Shown here: one piece after another, positions 1-8,068 of the stretch
Numbering within the stretch: the stretch's first letter is position 1
Layout: each line of letters opens with the position of its first letter
Virus record (IMG/VR): IMGVR_UViG_3300020044_005424
Location: 1 to 28,028 of that record
Strand: one strand, 5' to 3'
DNA length: 28,028 bases
DNA from: a virus
Lineage: Duplodnaviria > Caudoviricetes
Made by a program: the position numbers and the translations under genes
The notes under the pieces: generated by a model
Told to the model about the DNA's origin: nothing
What the model saw: only the letters and a program-made list of their open reading frames with translations
Databases searched by the model: none

Positions 1-344
1 GTTCGCTTTTGGGCGGTGAGTTCACCAATCCGTTGAAGGAGGCGGCTCTTACCTTTTTTGGCAAGCTCTTGGATCTGCTCCGGCGAGAGATTCAACAGGT
101 CTATGTCTGACTGCTCCTCGGTTTCCTCTGATTCCTCCTCGGATTCTTCCTCGGTTTCCTCCACCTCTTCCTCGTCATCTTGACTGGCAGGTTCGGTTTC
201 TTCGGTTTCCTCGGTATCCTGGGGTTCCTCTTCGGTCTCCTCTGGTGCAGTTGCTTCCCCAATTCTCCGAGCGATAAGCTCCTCGAATGAGATATTGTCC
301 ACCGATTCTTCAGCCTCGGCGTTAGCTTGATTGGTATTAGTCAT
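1..344 (-). CDS. Putative capsid scaffolding protein, truncated at window edge
   Basis: Not in ORF track. Manual translation from ATG at 344: MTNTNQANAEAEESVDNISFEELIARRIGEATAPEETEEEPQD...KSRLLQRIGELTAQKR, open to the edge. Very acidic N-terminus followed by an 'RIxELT' coiled-coil start, downstream of portal. Confidence 0.7.
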   Translation of the reverse strand, partial: MTNTNQANAEAEESVDNISFEELIARRIGEATAPEETEEEPQDTEETEETEPASQDDEEEVEETEEESEEESEETEEQSDIDLLNLSPEQIQELAKKGKSRLLQRIGELTAQKR

Positions 345-383
345 TTTGTACGCTGGTTAACGCCCTGCGGTGGCGATGAGTGA

Positions 384-412
384 AGTCAAGCATTTAATCC
401 TTACTAAGTCAA
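384..412 (-). promoter_or_regulatory. Candidate promoter for scaffold/capsid operon
   Basis: Minus strand reads TTGACT-N17-TTGACT about 40 nt upstream of the ATG at 344; the -10 is imperfect. Confidence 0.4.
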
Positions 413-533
413 GTAGTTTGGTAAGGTATTAGACTTGACGCATTATGTCAGAAATAATGTGTAGTTTTTCTGACAAAACCGTGACAAATACTGGGTACTT
501 TTTGTCACAAGATTTGACGCAAAAACATGCGTC
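408..533. repeat. Four adjacent inverted repeats with (T)GAC cores
   Basis: GTCAAGT 408-414/ACTTGAC 433-439; TGTCAGAAA 446-454/TTTCTGACA 467-475; GTGACAAA 481-488/TTTGTCAC 501-508; GACGCA 516-521/TGCGTC 528-533. Confidence 0.7.
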
Positions 534-626
534 TTTTCCCGTCTAGCGTGTGTCTTTCGGGCTAAGCATGCATCTTTGGGGTTGGTCTAACCCTTGGCCG
601 CAAATTGCGACCTTAAAGATTTCCTA

Positions 627-654
627 TTGACTAGGGGTAAGAATGTGGTATTTT
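627..654 (+). promoter_or_regulatory. Sigma70-type promoter
   Basis: TTGACT 627-632, 16-nt spacer, extended -10 TGgTATTTT 646-654. Confidence 0.55.
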
Positions 655-657
655 GGC

Positions 658-767
658 GTTGACGACGAAGTAGGATTCACGTCACCATTCACCCCTCCGG
701 CGCGTAGAGCAATGGATCTAGGGCTGGCACGAGTACTCCGACCTCCTCGTGCTAGCCCTTTGTTTTT
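658..767 (+). ncRNA. Candidate two-hairpin small RNA or leader ending in a terminator-like stem
   Basis: Hairpin TGACG-ac-GAA[GTAGGA]TTC-a-CGTCA 660-684; 14-bp stem AGGGCTGGCACGAG/CTCGTGCTAGCCCT 720-759 followed by TTGTTTTT; directly downstream of a promoter. Confidence 0.5.
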
Positions 768-1077
768 CAAGGTGCTAGTTCCTAGTGGAACAAGACAGCC
801 ATTAGGACGGGCAAAGGGGTATGAGAATACTTCACTACCATTAGGCTCGCGGCTGGCTCTGATTCCAACCTATCATCCAGCGTCCGTTATAGGCTTTAAT
901 CCGAAGCGGGGGGAAGAGCGCACAACCGAATTGGGTCTCTAGAAATAGGGGTTCCACATGGTAGACCACGAATCATAGGGTTTATTAACACAGCCCTAAG
1001 AGGTTGGTGTGTCTTTTTCCTCTCGGAGGGAAGTTTGATCGAGCGTAAGCGAGGTGACTGTCTTAATTAAAGGTCAC

Positions 1078-1102
1078 AAGTGTAAGTCAAGTGTAAGTCA
1101 AC
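1078..1102. repeat. Tandem 11-bp direct repeat AAGTGTAAGTC x2
   Basis: aagtgtaagtc aagtgtaagtc aa; each unit gives TTGACT on the minus strand; one helical turn period. Confidence 0.7.
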
Positions 1103-1130
1103 TTAACCGTTGGTGATGCCATACACCATG

Positions 1131-1178
1131 AAAAATAATTAAAATTATTCTTGAACGCTACAAAACACCCTATAAAAT
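1131..1178 (+). promoter_or_regulatory. Promoter for the sigma-region-4-like gene
   Basis: A/T-rich UP-like tract, TTGAAC 1151-1156, 16 nt, TAAAAT 1173-1178; ATG at 1194. Confidence 0.55.
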
Positions 1179-1193
1179 AAGCCTCGAAACGCT

Positions 1194-1685
1194 ATGAATG
1201 CAGAACAAATACAAAAGGAAATCAGATCGGTGGATAGGAAAATCGAGTTCGAGAAGGGCAAGATCGTTAGGATCAACCAAATCATTGATACGATTAGAGG
1301 CAACATTGATCAACTCGATATCCAAAAACGACAACTTAAAAAGAAGCTGACACTTATCGGAAAAGACGAGAAGCTCCCCAATGGATGCGAGATAAGCCTG
1401 GATGGGTTTTGGATGCAGATCATGGAGTCTGGGATTGATAAGCGAGATATATTTATCCTTCAGAACGATGACCTAAAACCAGCTCAACTTGGTCGGCTCT
1501 TGGGCATAACGACTGGTAGGGCGTATCAACTCAAGCAACACGCGATAAGAAAGATGAGAAGGCGCGAGAGACTTGAGATAATTGAAGACTATTACGAAGA
1601 CATTGAGTACGCCCACCATGTCCGTGACTTTAATCAGTTGATTGAGGAGCAAGACGCTAAAGATAAGATCGTCCTAATGGCGTAA
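1194..1685 (+). CDS. Coiled-coil plus sigma70 region-4-like HTH protein (putative transcription regulator)
   Basis: N-terminal heptad coiled coil; DKRDIFIL...LKPAQLGRLLGITTGRAYQLKQHAIRKMRR resembles sigma region 4.2 (EIGxxxGVTRERVRQIExxALRKLR). No region 2 seen. Confidence 0.7.
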   Translation: MNAEQIQKEIRSVDRKIEFEKGKIVRINQIIDTIRGNIDQLDIQKRQLKKKLTLIGKDEKLPNGCEISLDGFWMQIMESGIDKRDIFILQNDDLKPAQLGRLLGITTGRAYQLKQHAIRKMRRRERLEIIEDYYEDIEYAHHVRDFNQLIEEQDAKDKIVLMA

Positions 1686-1723
1686 AGAAAACACCCCCGA
1701 GAGATTTTAACCTCCCGAGGGTG
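1684..1723 (-). terminator. Intrinsic terminator, minus strand
   Basis: CACCCTCGGGAG-loop-CTCTCGGGGGTG-TTTTCTTT; 12-bp stem with two G-U pairs that form only on the minus-strand RNA. Confidence 0.8.
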
Positions 1724-1791
1724 AAACTATGAAACGAACGATGAAACAAAACACACGCTACCTACAACGATCAAGTCTTCGCTAGCGTGCG
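1684..1791 (-). ncRNA. Candidate trans-acting sRNA with anti-start-codon seed
   Basis: TTGACA at 1825-1820 with weak -10; 5' stem CGCACGCTA/TAGCGTGTG; unpaired UUUUGUUUCAUCGUUCGUUUCAUAGUUU; 3' terminator. Confidence 0.55.
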
Positions 1792-1821
1792 GGGAATGCT
1801 TAGACCATTCCAGCGGGTTTG

Positions 1822-2127
1822 TCAAGCTATCCGTTTCGGCCCAACTCCAGCAGGGCCAGTAAAGCTCCCTTGTGGTTGCGGAATTCCCATTCCAGCTTGG
1901 CTTCCTTGAGCTGCCATACCAGACTGACCCATTCCGCTCATTGAGGCTGGAATCTGTGAGTAGGTAGCAGATGACATTGTTCCACGAGCTTTATTCTGAG
2001 ATGTGGCTGGTCGGTAGAACATGCTTGTAGGCATTGCTTTTGCGGCTTGGGCTTTCATGGCATTCATGCCACCCATTGACTGCATCTTGTTGGAGATTGC
2101 CTTGTTAAGGCCTTGGCGATTCATCAT
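1822..2127 (-). CDS. Hypothetical low-complexity M/Q/S/G/A-rich protein
   Basis: 101-aa ORF co-oriented with the late operon, A/T-rich leader; no acidic residues, probably disordered. Confidence 0.6.
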   Translation of the reverse strand: MMNRQGLNKAISNKMQSMGGMNAMKAQAAKAMPTSMFYRPATSQNKARGTMSSATYSQIPASMSGMGQSGMAAQGSQAGMGIPQPQGSFTGPAGVGPKRIA

Positions 2128-2152
2128 TATTTATTATTTTCTATATTGGTTG

Positions 2153-2356
2153 TTAGGATAACACTGAGAGTAGCTCATCCAGCGTAGAGATGCTTCCTGC
2201 GAGCTTCATCACATCATTCGATGATTCTGCTTGGCGGAAATCTCCAAAGAACTTCTCACGCTCATCGTGGATGAACTGAAGGATGGCGGCATACTCCTCG
2301 CGGTCACGGAGGGCTTCTACGGCTACTTGGATGGTTGGTTTCGGTATCGGTGTCAT
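2153..2356 (-). CDS. Hypothetical head-module protein
   Basis: 67-aa helical ORF in the usual position between portal and scaffold. Confidence 0.7.
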   Translation of the reverse strand: MTPIPKPTIQVAVEALRDREEYAAILQFIHDEREKFFGDFRQAESSNDVMKLAGSISTLDELLSVLS

Positions 2357-2359
2357 GGC

Positions 2360-2485
2360 TTACTTGCGCTTAGCTGTTTTCTTAGGCACACGGCTCATCT
2401 TGATCTCAACCTCGACATAGCCTTTACCTTTGCCTTTACGCTCCATCTTTTCGTGGCCGCAGCCACATGATTTACCTTTTTTCAT
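2360..2485 (-). CDS. Small basic hypothetical protein (41 aa)
   Basis: Not in ORF track. MKKGKSCGCGHEKMERKGKGKGYVEVEIKMSRVPKKTAKRK fills the gap between flanking genes with 3-nt spacers. Confidence 0.65.
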   Translation of the reverse strand: MKKGKSCGCGHEKMERKGKGKGYVEVEIKMSRVPKKTAKRK

Positions 2486-2488
2486 AAG

Positions 2489-3043
2489 TTATCCTTGTTG
2501 CATTTGTTGGGTTTGCACCAAATACTTTGATGCGTTAATTAAAAACTCTGGGTTGTCTTGGAATTGTCCGAGTCCAGCATTGCATCTGGCACACAAAAGA
2601 CCTCTGACTTTGCCAGTTTTGTGGCAATGGTCAACGCACAAAAAGCGTTCTTCTCCGTCTTTGGTAATTCCTTGTTGGGATTCGTTGCAGATAGCACAAA
2701 GCCCCAGTTGCGACTCATACATGGAAATATAGTCTTCATTACTTAGACCATATTGCCGCATCAGTCGATTACCTCTGATTCTTTGCTGATTTCTTTCGCT
2801 CCAGTTTTTGAATGACTTACTTTTCTTCTCCTTATTGGCATGATGCCATTCTCTTAGGGTTGCTCTAGATTTCTCTACATTTGACCAATATCTCGTTTTG
2901 GCGTTTTTATTTGCAGCATCGCGCATGGATAGGAACTTCTCTGATGTCACCCATTTTTGTTTTCCGTTTTGCTCGTAACGCCAGAATACAAGTTTAGTAT
3001 TCTCGTCAACTTGCCCATGTTTTAATCTAATAGAGGAGTCCAT
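2489..3043 (-). CDS. Endonuclease VII-family (His-Me finger) free-standing homing endonuclease
   Basis: YGLSNEDY..Q.GLCAIC...LCVDHCHKTGKVRGLLCARCNAGLGQFQDN matches the Endonuclease_7 pattern; AT-richer than portal; TAATG overlap with portal stop. Confidence 0.9.
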   Translation of the reverse strand: MDSSIRLKHGQVDENTKLVFWRYEQNGKQKWVTSEKFLSMRDAANKNAKTRYWSNVEKSRATLREWHHANKEKKSKSFKNWSERNQQRIRGNRLMRQYGLSNEDYISMYESQLGLCAICNESQQGITKDGEERFLCVDHCHKTGKVRGLLCARCNAGLGQFQDNPEFLINASKYLVQTQQMQQG

Positions 3044-5109
3044 TACTGCTGCATGTTCTGCGTTATGATTCCACCCATTTGGGCGGGACGAACTCCAATT
3101 TTACCAATTTCGGCATTTTCCATTTGTTGCAATTGGAACTGATAAGCCTCCATATATTTCTGAAGCCTTGCACCAAACGCCTCGTCCTGCTGTGCGCGTT
3201 GCATGATGTCTGGTTGCTGGACATACGCTTGGATCATCTGCATTGCCATCTGTGCGCCATTAGGCTGGGCGGGAACTTCGATGCCGGCGAAGATCTTAGC
3301 AAGGTCATCTGTGACATTCTTTTGAACCTTCTGTTGTGCCTCCTCTGCTGGCTGGAGAACATAGTCAGCAAAGATTGGGTTGATGCTGGATGCCGTGAAC
3401 TCAAGCAACTTATTCACATCCATGATGCCGTTGCGGTCTAGCTGCACCAATGACACCATGTTCTTGAGCTGCGTCTCGGCAGTCTCTGGGTCGTTGCTCT
3501 GTGAGTCGAAGTTGACCACGATGCTGAAGTTTTCATCAGCCGAACCCTTGGTCATCACCTGTGGGTTGGGATTGCCAGTAACTTGGAAGAACACTTCATC
3601 TGGCCCCATTCTCTGATACAACTTCCACGCCATGTTCAGTACATCGCGGACATGATCCAAGAACTTAGACACCACGAATTGCTGGCGTGAGGCGGAGATT
3701 GGGTTGGACATATCCAGACCAACGGCACGGTCTGCCTGTGCGGTCATGGATACCTCAACCTCAACAGAACCGTTGTCAGCTGGAGGCGGTGGCCCCCATT
3801 GGATCTCACCAAGGCGGCGATACGGAACCCTTACTCCTGGCCCCCAATCAGAGGGAGGACGACCAGCCGGGTGCAGCAATGGAGGGAGAGTAGCCAGAGA
3901 AGCACGATCAATACGAGAATCACGCTCGGTCTTGATTTGCATTTGCGCTCCACGGAGGATGTCCGAGAAGGTCTGGGTTTCGTACATGCGCTTCTGGTCG
4001 TTCGATAGGCGCGTAACCACAAAGGGGTAGTCGTCATAGCCGTTAAGGAGTTCGTGTTTGGCGAAACCTTCTGTGGTTGGGTGGAAGACCGTACAGTAGA
4101 TGCCCTCAGAACCGTCCTCCTCGTCAATCAAACGCTGGTAGCCATACACCACCATTACTAGGTCGTTGTCGTCCGTGATAGGCAAGCGGTCGATTGTCTT
4201 GAGCTTCTCGCCGTCGAGATACATGGAATCTTTACCACGAAGCCGCTCGATAGCATTCTCAACCCAATCGGCATCCCAGCCCTCGGAGGTTACTTTTTTC
4301 TCAAGCTCCTGAGATGTTAGGAATGTGCGCCAGAACACATACGGAGCGCGTTGAGGATCAGTCACATACGATGGGAAAAGAACCTCGCCATCGGGGGCGC
4401 ATGAGTAAACTACTGGGCAATCTACCGATGTACGAGGAACAGAGACTTCAGCCAAACCCTTCTTGCGAAGATCCATAATGGCTTTTTTTGCACGCTTTGA
4501 CGACAGGTCGGGGAATGCTGTCTGAAGCATACCGAATACCATCTCGTCATCAGCACCACTAACAATAAGTTCCGCTAGATCGGGGGAGACTTGTGCGATT
4601 TCCTCGATGGATACCTGTTGCAAATATGTCCTTTTTTCACGCTTCCATCCGACATACGACACCATCAACCCCTTCTCTAGCAGATAATTAGCACCCAATT
4701 CCATCTGTTGACGGAAGTTCGGGATGTATGTGGAGCGCATCCACTTGAGGAACCCAGACACCATTGAAGCCCGTGGCATAGATGCCATTGATGTCGGGAA
4801 CGCCTTAATGTGGGAACGCTGCAATGCTTGGTCCAGGATAGCCACAAATGCGTCGATACGCTCTCCGACGACATTGACCTCAATATCACTAGCTCCCTGC
4901 CAAGGAAAGGCATTTGCGGCTTGTTTACGGAGGTCGTCTGATTTACCCGGCCAAAGGTTACGGCGGTCATCATACGAGCGCAAGCAAGCCTCAAAGTATT
5001 CCTCCAAGTCAATAAGGCAATTGTCGTAGGCATCAGCCAACGCCATGACATTAGGTCCGTCCTCGGCGTAGATCATCGACTCTTCTTGCTCTTCTGTTGG
5101 TGCGCTCAT
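3043..5109 (-). CDS. Portal protein
   Basis: 688 aa, downstream of TerL; PWQGASD near N-terminus, YPFVVTRLS motif, Q-rich helical C-terminal barrel as in P22-like portals. Confidence 0.8.
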   Translation of the reverse strand: MSAPTEEQEESMIYAEDGPNVMALADAYDNCLIDLEEYFEACLRSYDDRRNLWPGKSDDLRKQAANAFPWQGASDIEVNVVGERIDAFVAILDQALQRSHIKAFPTSMASMPRASMVSGFLKWMRSTYIPNFRQQMELGANYLLEKGLMVSYVGWKREKRTYLQQVSIEEIAQVSPDLAELIVSGADDEMVFGMLQTAFPDLSSKRAKKAIMDLRKKGLAEVSVPRTSVDCPVVYSCAPDGEVLFPSYVTDPQRAPYVFWRTFLTSQELEKKVTSEGWDADWVENAIERLRGKDSMYLDGEKLKTIDRLPITDDNDLVMVVYGYQRLIDEEDGSEGIYCTVFHPTTEGFAKHELLNGYDDYPFVVTRLSNDQKRMYETQTFSDILRGAQMQIKTERDSRIDRASLATLPPLLHPAGRPPSDWGPGVRVPYRRLGEIQWGPPPPADNGSVEVEVSMTAQADRAVGLDMSNPISASRQQFVVSKFLDHVRDVLNMAWKLYQRMGPDEVFFQVTGNPNPQVMTKGSADENFSIVVNFDSQSNDPETAETQLKNMVSLVQLDRNGIMDVNKLLEFTASSINPIFADYVLQPAEEAQQKVQKNVTDDLAKIFAGIEVPAQPNGAQMAMQMIQAYVQQPDIMQRAQQDEAFGARLQKYMEAYQFQLQQMENAEIGKIGVRPAQMGGIITQNMQQ

Positions 5110-5396
5110 GATGGCATGTATTCGTAGAACTGCTCGCCTACTTCGGGGCGTATCATAACAACTTTTATAGGTTTGCCAACTAGTTTGTGCGAAACCCGAG
5201 GTGGAGCCTTAACTGGGACTGCCTCACCATCCATGCGAACCATTACCCAACTAGGGTTTGGGCATTTGCGGATAACTAGATAATCACCCTCATAGGTGGT
5301 GTCATCTTGAGGTTCCACGGGGGAATCAAGGGTTTCTGGCTTAGCTTTTGGTGGGCGACCGCGCTTTGCTGCTTTCTTAGTTGGTGCTGTTTTCAT
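5106..5396 (-). CDS. Hypothetical protein with AT-hook-like motif
   Basis: KKAAKRGRPPKAK at the N-terminus, small beta-rich C-terminus; ATGA overlap with portal. Confidence 0.7.
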   Translation of the reverse strand: MKTAPTKKAAKRGRPPKAKPETLDSPVEPQDDTTYEGDYLVIRKCPNPSWVMVRMDGEAVPVKAPPRVSHKLVGKPIKVVMIRPEVGEQFYEYMPS

Positions 5397-5565
5397 GGTT
5401 TAGTTTAGATTTCATGTATCGAATCGCATGTTCAAGAGTCTCAATCTCCTCTGTAAGTCTAGGGGTTTTTCCATATTCTTCCATTTTCGCCCTCTTGAGA
5501 TACGCTTCCTTTAGGCAGTCAATGATAAGTTCCTCGGCAACTATCGGTTTGTTTTGAGTCTTCAT
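5377..5565 (-). CDS. Hypothetical protein
   Basis: 62-aa ORF tiling between TerL and the next gene. Confidence 0.65.
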   Translation of the reverse strand: MKTQNKPIVAEELIIDCLKEAYLKRAKMEEYGKTPRLTEEIETLEHAIRYMKSKLNHENSTN

Positions 5566-5571
5566 AGCTTG

Positions 5572-7167
5572 TTAGTAGCCTCCAGCTCCTTGTCTTGTAG
5601 CAAGATTTCTGGTTTCGTCAACATGATCTATGCCTGCAATGGCGGCGTAACGCAGAACATCGACTGGATCTTTCCATGCTTCCTTCAAACCCCCATCACC
5701 CGTGTATTCCGACAACGCTTGGATAATGTTCTCACACTCTGAAGAGACATAGAAATGCGGTCGGTTGACCGAATCCGCAGGTCTAGTGGTGTCCCATGAC
5801 ATCTTGCCAATAAGTGCCTGTAGTCCATCGTCGATGTCTAACCCTGGAGCTGGAATACAAACCATGCCGGCATCATTCAAATCCTCGATGATAGAGGATG
5901 CCCCATCCGCAGACTGGTATTTTGCCGCTCCAAGCCGAGGGTCAATCAGTCTTTCAAAGATCTTCTCATCACCCTCAAGCTCGGCAATCAAGTCCATGTA
6001 GTCACGGATACCAAAACCCTGTCCTTTAGCCCCTTGTCCTGGCATCCACTTCCCACCCTTCCACTCAGCCCAGTCACCTACATCGACACCCGGCCACTCA
6101 CGATATACCCAAAATGTACCAGACGCATCCACAGCAATCCAAGCCATAAACCAATTCTTCGCACCCGCTGGATCAATAATCTGATAGCGAGTAACATTCG
6201 TAGTTGGGATCTCTGATGGCTGGACAACATTGACTTCTTTATTGAACTTGGGAAACTTGGTGGCGTGGGACTTAACTGGAACCCCGTACGCGCGAATTAG
6301 AATCTCCTCCCGAGGCCTTCCAACTAGGGTTTCCTTGATTCGCTCGTAGCCACCGAAAGGGTTATCCTTGGAATGGAAGTAGTGGACGCTGGCGTTGCGC
6401 TTCTTACTCCGTTGGACATAGGGGACAAGCTCACCGTTGAGCAGCTCAGCCTCGACGCTCTGGACGCTTGTAGCCCCATCTAAGTATTCCTTAATCACTT
6501 CAGTCCACCCGTCAATCGGGGTGAATGTCACCAGCATCTTGGAGTTGCGGGTAGCAAGACGGAATCGCAGGGTGTCAATAAGCTCGTTACCAAGAAGGTA
6601 TTCGTCCAACCATACGCCGATGTTGTGCCACTGGGGGTCACGGCTACCAAGCTCCGCACCTTCTAGGATAGTTGGGTTATTCTGATACTGAGAGTAGGTC
6701 TTAAAGATGATCTGCGAAGCATTCGGCAGGATCAACGAGTTATCCGTGAATCCGTTCTTTTTCGTGTACGAGATGTAGGCGTTAGCCGAGGTTTGCTTTG
6801 TCCTCATCTCATGCGGCAACCAGTTCCACACCGCGCTTTGCTGCTGGCGGATGCTCACCTCCGATGTCTGGGCAAAGCAGAAGATCTCTGACTTTGGGTT
6901 CTCGATGGCAGCTTTGACTACACAATAAGATCCCCACGCAGTTTTCCCGCTGTTTCCCCCGAGTGCTAAAACCTCAGAGACTTGCGACAATTGCTCTTCA
7001 GCTTTCTCCCAATGCGGAAGCCTAAACCCGTAGCGGAATGGGTCTTTCTCGGCATTCTCGATGGCCTCATGGTAGATCCGATGAAGCTCAATGAGATCAT
7101 CTGGCTCCATCAAGGCTACCTCGTCATCGCTGGGAGGCTGGAGGATTGGGTGTTTGCGCCACTGCAT
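5572..7167 (-). CDS. terL: Terminase large subunit
   Basis: Walker A LALGGNSGKT, Walker B VWLDE, coupling motif VTFTP, RNase H-like IIDPAG and C-terminal KDPVDVLRY. Confidence 0.93.
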   Translation of the reverse strand: MQWRKHPILQPPSDDEVALMEPDDLIELHRIYHEAIENAEKDPFRYGFRLPHWEKAEEQLSQVSEVLALGGNSGKTAWGSYCVVKAAIENPKSEIFCFAQTSEVSIRQQQSAVWNWLPHEMRTKQTSANAYISYTKKNGFTDNSLILPNASQIIFKTYSQYQNNPTILEGAELGSRDPQWHNIGVWLDEYLLGNELIDTLRFRLATRNSKMLVTFTPIDGWTEVIKEYLDGATSVQSVEAELLNGELVPYVQRSKKRNASVHYFHSKDNPFGGYERIKETLVGRPREEILIRAYGVPVKSHATKFPKFNKEVNVVQPSEIPTTNVTRYQIIDPAGAKNWFMAWIAVDASGTFWVYREWPGVDVGDWAEWKGGKWMPGQGAKGQGFGIRDYMDLIAELEGDEKIFERLIDPRLGAAKYQSADGASSIIEDLNDAGMVCIPAPGLDIDDGLQALIGKMSWDTTRPADSVNRPHFYVSSECENIIQALSEYTGDGGLKEAWKDPVDVLRYAAIAGIDHVDETRNLATRQGAGGY

Positions 7168-7520
7168 TACTTGGTTTTGTATGCGTCTGTCTCCATGAAA
7201 ATGTCAACAATCCTATAAACGCTACCGCATTCCTCACATCCAAATGTATCTTCCTCCGATGGGAAAGACCCTCTATTCCCGTCAACAAAGTGAAGCTCTC
7301 GACGCTTCTTGCAATACTTGCATACGCCAATGAAGGGCTTAACGAACTTCTCCAGCACCACATTCCAAATCTTAGCGTTGAACTTCTCTGCTAAATACGA
7401 AGCGTAAACGCTGGTGTGGCACTTGTGCTGAACGCCGTCATGCTCGACCATGTAGTGCCGAACGAGGTTGCCTCCATCCTTGGCGTAATCAGCGTATCTG
7501 GATTCTGGTTCTTGTATCAT
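7167..7520 (-). CDS. Hypothetical zinc-ribbon protein
   Basis: CKYC...CEEC pairs; overlaps both neighbours (ATGA, TAATG). Confidence 0.65.
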   Translation of the reverse strand: MIQEPESRYADYAKDGGNLVRHYMVEHDGVQHKCHTSVYASYLAEKFNAKIWNVVLEKFVKPFIGVCKYCKKRRELHFVDGNRGSFPSEEDTFGCEECGSVYRIVDIFMETDAYKTK

Positions 7521-8068
7521 TCTACGATTTCGGCCTCTACCGCTTGCGTTTTGACTTTATTGGCAATCCTGGACTTTGCCTCTGCAATCATCTTGGCGGC
7601 ATCGTCAATAGACGGCCCCTTGCGATGCTCGACAATGGTACTCGCCATGCCAGAGAGCTGTCCAGCCTTATCGGTCATAATGCCAATAGTCAACGCCAAT
7701 CGGTCTGGTGAGATAGCCTTAAGTTGGTCTGGATCACGGCTTAGTTGCTCTGCCTTCTCGAACAAAAGGTCTGTGTACTCAGCAGCAGCAATAGCGTAGC
7801 GTTTGGAGAACTCCTTGCGCTTTGACTCCAGCGTATCGTTATGCCTCCACTCCAGCGCACGAACAGTCTCATGCGTCACCCTGCATTTCTTGGCAATAGC
7901 ATTGATACGCCCACCCTGCGCCAGCATCCAGAGGATCTGTGCCGCCACATTCGGGTTGTAGTTCTCGATAGTGTTCCGAGGGAATTGCTTAGCCCTTTCC
8001 TTGACCTCAAGGAAGAACTCTTTCATCGCCTCTTTACTATCAATCGCTGATAGGTCTTCGTCGCTCAT
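7517..8068 (-). CDS. Putative terminase small subunit
   Basis: HTH-like GRINAIAKKCRVTHETVRAL followed by helical oligomerisation region and C-terminal VEAEIVE tail; upstream of terL. Confidence 0.6.
   Translation of the reverse strand: MSDEDLSAIDSKEAMKEFFLEVKERAKQFPRNTIENYNPNVAAQILWMLAQGGRINAIAKKCRVTHETVRALEWRHNDTLESKRKEFSKRYAIAAAEYTDLLFEKAEQLSRDPDQLKAISPDRLALTIGIMTDKAGQLSGMASTIVEHRKGPSIDDAAKMIAEAKSRIANKVKTQAVEAEIVE

Noticed and set aside
100-260. Repetitive TCCTC/TTC sequence
   Set aside because: Simply encodes the Glu-rich tract of the scaffold protein.
643-942. 99-aa plus-strand ORF
   Set aside because: Its ATG lies inside the predicted promoter and it crosses a terminator-like hairpin; structured RNA explains the region better.
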